Assembly: GCA_031259075.1 (NCBI GenBank)
Contig: JAIRLY010000059.1
Coordinates: 1 to 49,521, forward strand
Direction of reading: 5' to 3'
Origin: Dysgonamonadaceae bacterium
Lineage (GTDB): Bacteria; Bacteroidota; Bacteroidia; Bacteroidales; Azobacteroidaceae
Length of the DNA stretch: 49,521 nucleotides
The number at the start of each line of letters is the position of its first letter. The first letter of the stretch is position 1. The notes under the pieces were generated by a model. That model was not told where the DNA came from. It saw only the letters and a list, made by a program, of their open reading frames with translations, and did no database searches. The position numbers were made by a program, and so were the translations under genes. Of this stretch, positions 45,152 through 49,521 are shown piece after piece.

Positions 45152-45955
45152 TTATTTTTTTGCTTCCCGCCAAAGTTCTTCCATTTCTTCCAACTTCATT
45201 TCTTTCAATGATTTGCCTTGTTCTTTGGCTTTTTGTTCCATATAATTGAAGCGATGAATAAACTTTTGGTTGGTTCGTTCCAAGGCATTGTCCGGATCAA
45301 TTTTGTAGAGCCGTGCGGCATTAATCAAACTGAAAAATAAATCTCCAAATTCATTTTCCATTTTGTCCTGATCCATAGCGGCAATTTCTCTTTTCAACTC
45401 TATAAATTCTTCCTGTACTTTTTCCCAAACATCTTCTTTTTCGCTCCAGTCGAACCCTGCATTACGAGCTTTATCTTGGATACGATGAGCTTTAGCCACC
45501 GAAGGCAAGGAGGCGGGAACTCCTTCCAGAACGGTTTTGTTCCCCCCTTTTTCTTTCAATTTAATTTGTTCCCAATTCTGTTCTACTTGTCCGGCCGTTT
45601 TCGCCACATCGGTGCCAAAAACATGCGGATGACGGAAAATCAATTTATCACATAAGGAATTACAAACATCGGCAATATTGAATTGACCTTTTTCTTCTGC
45701 TATTTTGGCATAAAAGATAACATGCAACAGCACATCGCCGAGTTCTTTTTTTATTTCATGGATTTCATTTTTAATAATTGCTTCGCACAATTCGTAAGTT
45801 TCCTCTATCGTATTCGTACGAAGACTTTCATTGGTTTGTTTTTTATCCCAAGGACATTTTACCCGCAATTCGTCTAATATATTCAGCAAACGTCCAAATG
45901 CCTGCATCTTTGATTGGGAATCGAGGTCTTCTGTTAACCGGTTGTATTCACACAT
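45152..45955 (-). CDS. mazG: Nucleoside triphosphate pyrophosphohydrolase MazG
   Basis: LRVKCPWDKKQT, IEETYEL, ELGDVL, KLIFRHPHVF, EFGDLFFS, FIHRF. Confidence 0.95.
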   Translation of the reverse strand: MCEYNRLTEDLDSQSKMQAFGRLLNILDELRVKCPWDKKQTNESLRTNTIEETYELCEAIIKNEIHEIKKELGDVLLHVIFYAKIAEEKGQFNIADVCNSLCDKLIFRHPHVFGTDVAKTAGQVEQNWEQIKLKEKGGNKTVLEGVPASLPSVAKAHRIQDKARNAGFDWSEKEDVWEKVQEEFIELKREIAAMDQDKMENEFGDLFFSLINAARLYKIDPDNALERTNQKFIHRFNYMEQKAKEQGKSLKEMKLEEMEELWREAKK

Positions 45956-45959
45956 TGTT

Positions 45960-47978
45960 TTATTTTTTATTTTTTATTCCTTCCTGTAAAAATCGGATGT
46001 ATTCATCTACATCTTTATTATAAGCACGCCAGGGAGCGATCGGTGCCCCTTGATTATTTAACAGTACATAATAAGGTTGAGCATTAGCGCCGAATTTATG
46101 CCGTTGCAAGTAGCTCCATTTATCGCCGACAGTTCTCAATTTAGTTGTTTTTCCGTATTCTTTTATTTCAATTGTTTCCGGTAATTTAGTCTTATCGTCC
46201 ACATAAAGGGAAATCAAGACATAATCGTTATCAATAATTCCTTTTACCCGCGGGTCCGACCAGACAGAAGCTTCCATTTCACGACAGTTAACACAACCAA
46301 AACCTGTGAAATCGACCATAACCGGTTTCCCCTGTTTCGCGGCATATTCCATTCCTTCGTCGTAATCGTAGAATTTAGGATGCACTTCCCCGTCGTATAA
46401 ATTGAAGTCTTGCGTATAAAGCGGTGGCGAGAATGCGCTGATGGCTTTCAAAGGCGCTCCCCACAAACCGGGAATCATGTATACGGTAAATGCAAAAGAA
46501 ATAACGGCCAAAAATAAACGCGTAATAGATAAGTGTTTCAAATCGCTGTCGTGAGCGAATTTTATTTTCCCTAACAAATAGAATCCCAATAAAGCAAAAA
46601 TCACGATCCAAAGAGTAAGAAATACCTCGCGATCTAAAATTCTCCAGCCGTAAGCCAAATCGGCTACGGATAAAAACTTCAAAGCTAAGGCTAATTCAAG
46701 AAAACCTAAAACCACTTTTACCGAATTAAGCCATCCACCCGATTTGGGAAGATTCTGCAATAAAGACGGAAATACGGCAAAAAAGGCAAACGGAATAGCC
46801 AGAGCCAGTCCAAAACCAAACATACCAATGGCCGGCCCGATAATACTTCCCATGCCGGCTGCCTGCACAAGTAATCCTCCAATGATAGGGCCTGTACATG
46901 AAAAAGATACCAATACTAATGTGAAAGCCATAAAGAAAATACTGACAATTCCGGTCGTAGTTTCCGCTTTGTTATCTATTTTATTTGTCCAAGAGGAGGG
47001 CAGTGTTAATTCAAACGCTCCAAAAAAAGAAACAGCAAATAAGACCAGCAAAGCAAAGAAAATCAGATTGAATACCGCATGGGTAGACAATTCATTCAAG
47101 GCGCTAGCGCCGAAAAGAGCTGTAATCAGTAAGCCTAAAGTCAAATAAATGACGATGATGGATAAACCGTAGATAACGGCATCTGTAATCGCTCGCTTAC
47201 GTTCCGATTTGGAACGCTTCAAAAAGAAACTAACCGTCATCGGAATAATCGGCCAAACACAAGGAGTAAGCAATGCCAAGAATCCACCGCCAAAACAAAG
47301 AAAGAAAATAGCCGGCCAAGATTTATTTTTAGACATTTCGCCTGTTCCATAGTTTTGCAGTTCTTCTATAACGGGATTCCACCAATCCGAAGTTTCGGTC
47401 GATGCTACCGGTTCTTTTTGCGATAATGCACTATCAGGAAACAATTCATCGGCCGATTGTTGGGAATTAGGCGTTGAGTCGGCAACGACAACAAGCTTTT
47501 CTTTTTGTTCCGCATTTACCAAAGAAGCCGGCAAGTCTTTTTTCGAAAAAGCAAATTCTTCTTTACATGGAATACAATACTCATCATTACAAGTCATATA
47601 ATCAATATACCCCTGAATGTTAAAATTTTCGGAATCAATAATTTTTAACTTCTGAGTAAAAGAAGGATTTCCTTTATACCAACTGATATTCATACCAAAT
47701 AAATCGTCAAATGCTGTGTTTATTTCGGCAAGAGTTGTAACTTTGCCGAGTAATTCTACTCCTTTTATTTTTTCAAAAATAAAAACAGTAGGATTAGGAC
47801 CTCCGGGAGGTAAATTCATATCATAAAGATGCCAACCCGGATCAATAGTTGTAGTGAAAATAATTTCACTTGATCTACTGATGGAATGTTTCCATTTGAC
47901 AGGTTCTTGCATTTGTGCAAGAAGAGAAAAAGGAGCAATTAAAAGAAGAAGAAAAATAAATTTAATTTTTTTAAGCAT
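45960..47978 (-). CDS. dsbD: Thiol:disulfide interchange protein DsbD
   Basis: GWHLY...CNDEYCIP, LTPCVWP, SFSCTGP, DFTGFGCVNCREME; start ATG 47978 because a -7 motif (TATCTTTG 48004-47997) overlaps the TTG. Confidence 0.92.
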   Translation of the reverse strand: MLKKIKFIFLLLLIAPFSLLAQMQEPVKWKHSISRSSEIIFTTTIDPGWHLYDMNLPPGGPNPTVFIFEKIKGVELLGKVTTLAEINTAFDDLFGMNISWYKGNPSFTQKLKIIDSENFNIQGYIDYMTCNDEYCIPCKEEFAFSKKDLPASLVNAEQKEKLVVVADSTPNSQQSADELFPDSALSQKEPVASTETSDWWNPVIEELQNYGTGEMSKNKSWPAIFFLCFGGGFLALLTPCVWPIIPMTVSFFLKRSKSERKRAITDAVIYGLSIIVIYLTLGLLITALFGASALNELSTHAVFNLIFFALLVLFAVSFFGAFELTLPSSWTNKIDNKAETTTGIVSIFFMAFTLVLVSFSCTGPIIGGLLVQAAGMGSIIGPAIGMFGFGLALAIPFAFFAVFPSLLQNLPKSGGWLNSVKVVLGFLELALALKFLSVADLAYGWRILDREVFLTLWIVIFALLGFYLLGKIKFAHDSDLKHLSITRLFLAVISFAFTVYMIPGLWGAPLKAISAFSPPLYTQDFNLYDGEVHPKFYDYDEGMEYAAKQGKPVMVDFTGFGCVNCREMEASVWSDPRVKGIIDNDYVLISLYVDDKTKLPETIEIKEYGKTTKLRTVGDKWSYLQRHKFGANAQPYYVLLNNQGAPIAPWRAYNKDVDEYIRFLQEGIKNKK

Positions 47979-48050
47979 AATATCTGTTCTTTTTTGCAAA
48001 GATATAAAAGATTACTTATTTAATCATACAATAAAAGCGGATTAGAATTT

Positions 48051-48455
48051 ATGGAAGCACAAAAAAAAGGAAAAAGTACGAAAATCAGGAAATGGGGAAC
48101 GATTGCGATCGGATTTATCGTTCTCGTCTTGGTTATGTTTGTTTACGTCCGGTTCTATTTTGTTTGGGGCGAAGGAGTGAAAGCCGGCCAACTGAACTAT
48201 GTGGTATATAAAGGTTATATTTTCAAAACGTATGAAGGAAAACTTATTCAGACCGGTTTACGTTCGGGAAATATAAACGGTAGCGTTCAATCGAATGAGT
48301 TTATATTTTCGGTTTCAAACGAAGAAGTTGCGAAAAAATTAATGTTGGCAGGAGGTCAAGAGCTTGACTTGCATTATAAAGAATATCTTGCATCAGTACC
48401 TTGGCGCGGACACAGCAAATTCGTAGTAGACAGCATCATTAAAATTAAAAATTAA
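48051..48455 (+). CDS. Conserved Bacteroidetes membrane-anchored hypothetical protein
   Basis: Single N-terminal TM helix, [27 protein letters not shown]. Confidence 0.8.
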   Translation: MEAQKKGKSTKIRKWGTIAIGFIVLVLVMFVYVRFYFVWGEGVKAGQLNYVVYKGYIFKTYEGKLIQTGLRSGNINGSVQSNEFIFSVSNEEVAKKLMLAGGQELDLHYKEYLASVPWRGHSKFVVDSIIKIKN

Positions 48456-48490
48456 CAGCGTTAGCCAATTTTTATTTTTTATTTTTCAAA

Positions 48491-49162
48491 GTGCGGATAG
48501 ACATCATTACAGCGCTTCCTGAGATTTTGGAAAGCGCCTTTAATCACTCCATATTAAAAAGAGCCCAAGACAAAGGATTAGTTGAAATACAAATCCATAA
48601 TCTTCGGGATTATTCTCCGGATAAACACCGTAGAGTGGATGATTATCCATTCGGCGGACAGGCAGGTATGGTTTTGCAATGCGAACCGATCGACAGGGTA
48701 ATATCCTATTTAAAAACACAACGGGAATACGACGAAGTGATTTATACTTCGCCCGACGGAGAAACATTTAATCAGTCCATCGCAAATCAACTTTCGATGT
48801 ATCAAAATCTGATTATTCTTTGCGGACATTATAAAGGGATCGATTACCGCATCCGCGAACATCTTATTACCCGCGAACTATCTGTGGGCGACTATGTGCT
48901 GACCGGGGGCGAATTAGCCGCCGCCGTGATGTCCGATGCGATTGTTCGCCTGATTCCGGGCGCTATCGGAGATGAACAATCGGCGCTTTCCGATTCTTTT
49001 CAAGATCATTTATTAGCACCGCCTGTTTACACAAGACCCTCCAATTATAAAGGGTGGCAAGTTCCCGACATTTTACTTTCCGGTCACGAGGCCAAAATCA
49101 AAGATTGGGAATTGCAACAATCTCTCGAACGAACCGAGCGACTGCGACCGGATTTGCTGTAA
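48491..49162 (+). CDS. trmD: tRNA (guanine-N1)-methyltransferase
   Basis: [45 protein letters not shown]. Confidence 0.97.
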   Translation: MRIDIITALPEILESAFNHSILKRAQDKGLVEIQIHNLRDYSPDKHRRVDDYPFGGQAGMVLQCEPIDRVISYLKTQREYDEVIYTSPDGETFNQSIANQLSMYQNLIILCGHYKGIDYRIREHLITRELSVGDYVLTGGELAAAVMSDAIVRLIPGAIGDEQSALSDSFQDHLLAPPVYTRPSNYKGWQVPDILLSGHEAKIKDWELQQSLERTERLRPDLL

Positions 49163-49259
49163 TCCGTTCGTTAACAATATCTTTCGGTCTTTTATCCGTT
49201 GGGACATATACCGTGAATATCCTGCTTTTTTGCAAAACGTTGGATAAAAGACGAAAACA

Positions 49260-49339
49260 AAAGCGCGAAAGCGCGAAAGCACGAAAGCACGAAAGCGCGA
49301 AAGCACGAAAGCGCGAAAGCACGAAAGCGCGAAAGGGCG
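49260..49339 (+). repeat. Octamer tandem repeat (AAAGCRCG)x10
   Basis: Nine AAAGCGCG/AAAGCACG units plus AAAGGGCG. Confidence 0.95.
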
Positions 49340-49400
49340 AAAGGCTTTCAGCCTTAACCTGATGGCTATGGAATTCTTCGCGGCGAGAAAGGTGCTTCCG

Positions 49401-49449
49401 TTCTTAACTCTTAGTTCTTAACTCTTAGTTCTTAACTCTTAGTTCTTAA
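49401..49449 (+). repeat. 14-mer tandem repeat (TTCTTAACTCTTAG)x3.5
   Basis: Exact repeats; reverse complement of the motif at 18153-18188. Confidence 0.95.
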
Positions 49450-49457
49450 AGGCCGTC

Positions 49458-49521
49458 TGTCCCGTAGGGACAAAATGTCGGTAGAAAATACGAGCCTCTC
49501 CCGCATTTCCCTGTCCCGTCA
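49458..49521 (+). repeat. REP-like palindrome pair (cut by window edge)
   Basis: TGTCCC-GTA-GGGACA at 49458-49472 and a second TGTCCCGTCA starting at 49512. Confidence 0.6.

Noticed and set aside
49054-49362. ORFs of 74-102 aa over the octamer array
   Set aside because: Low-complexity translations of a stop-free repeat, overlapping trmD

Overview
Bacteroidales chromosomal window, judged from TAnnTTTG promoters, SusC/SusD pairs and T9SS C-terminal domains. Housekeeping flanks: a Dna2-like nuclease-helicase, ruvA, nadC and a C1B aminopeptidase on the left; a DUF3109-like gene, M6 protease, kdsB, PPTase, mazG, dsbD and trmD on the right. They enclose a ~30 kb polysaccharide utilisation locus (PUL): GH29 fucosidase, AraC regulator, LRR/T9SS protein, tandem SusC/D pairs, Big_2-M64 lipoprotein, an unknown T9SS protein, GH106, GH31, GH30 and a six-hairpin glycosidase. 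The most unusual signal is at the PUL gene junctions. An inverted heptamer repeat, (AAAATGC)n...(GCATTTT)n, occurs as a full cassette enclosing a four-helix-bundle (IVP/Avd-like) gene, as an internally deleted copy, as an empty copy and as solo arms. Its right arm encodes the hydrophobic core of six PUL signal peptides. Other junctions carry four toxin-antitoxin modules, each with a broken toxin and an intact antitoxin, two of them bounded by long inverted or direct repeats. Two separate 48-64 bp promoter-bearing repeats sit in front of unrelated genes. No rRNA, tRNA, CRISPR, transposase or reverse transcriptase was seen. All family calls are from motif recognition, not database searches.
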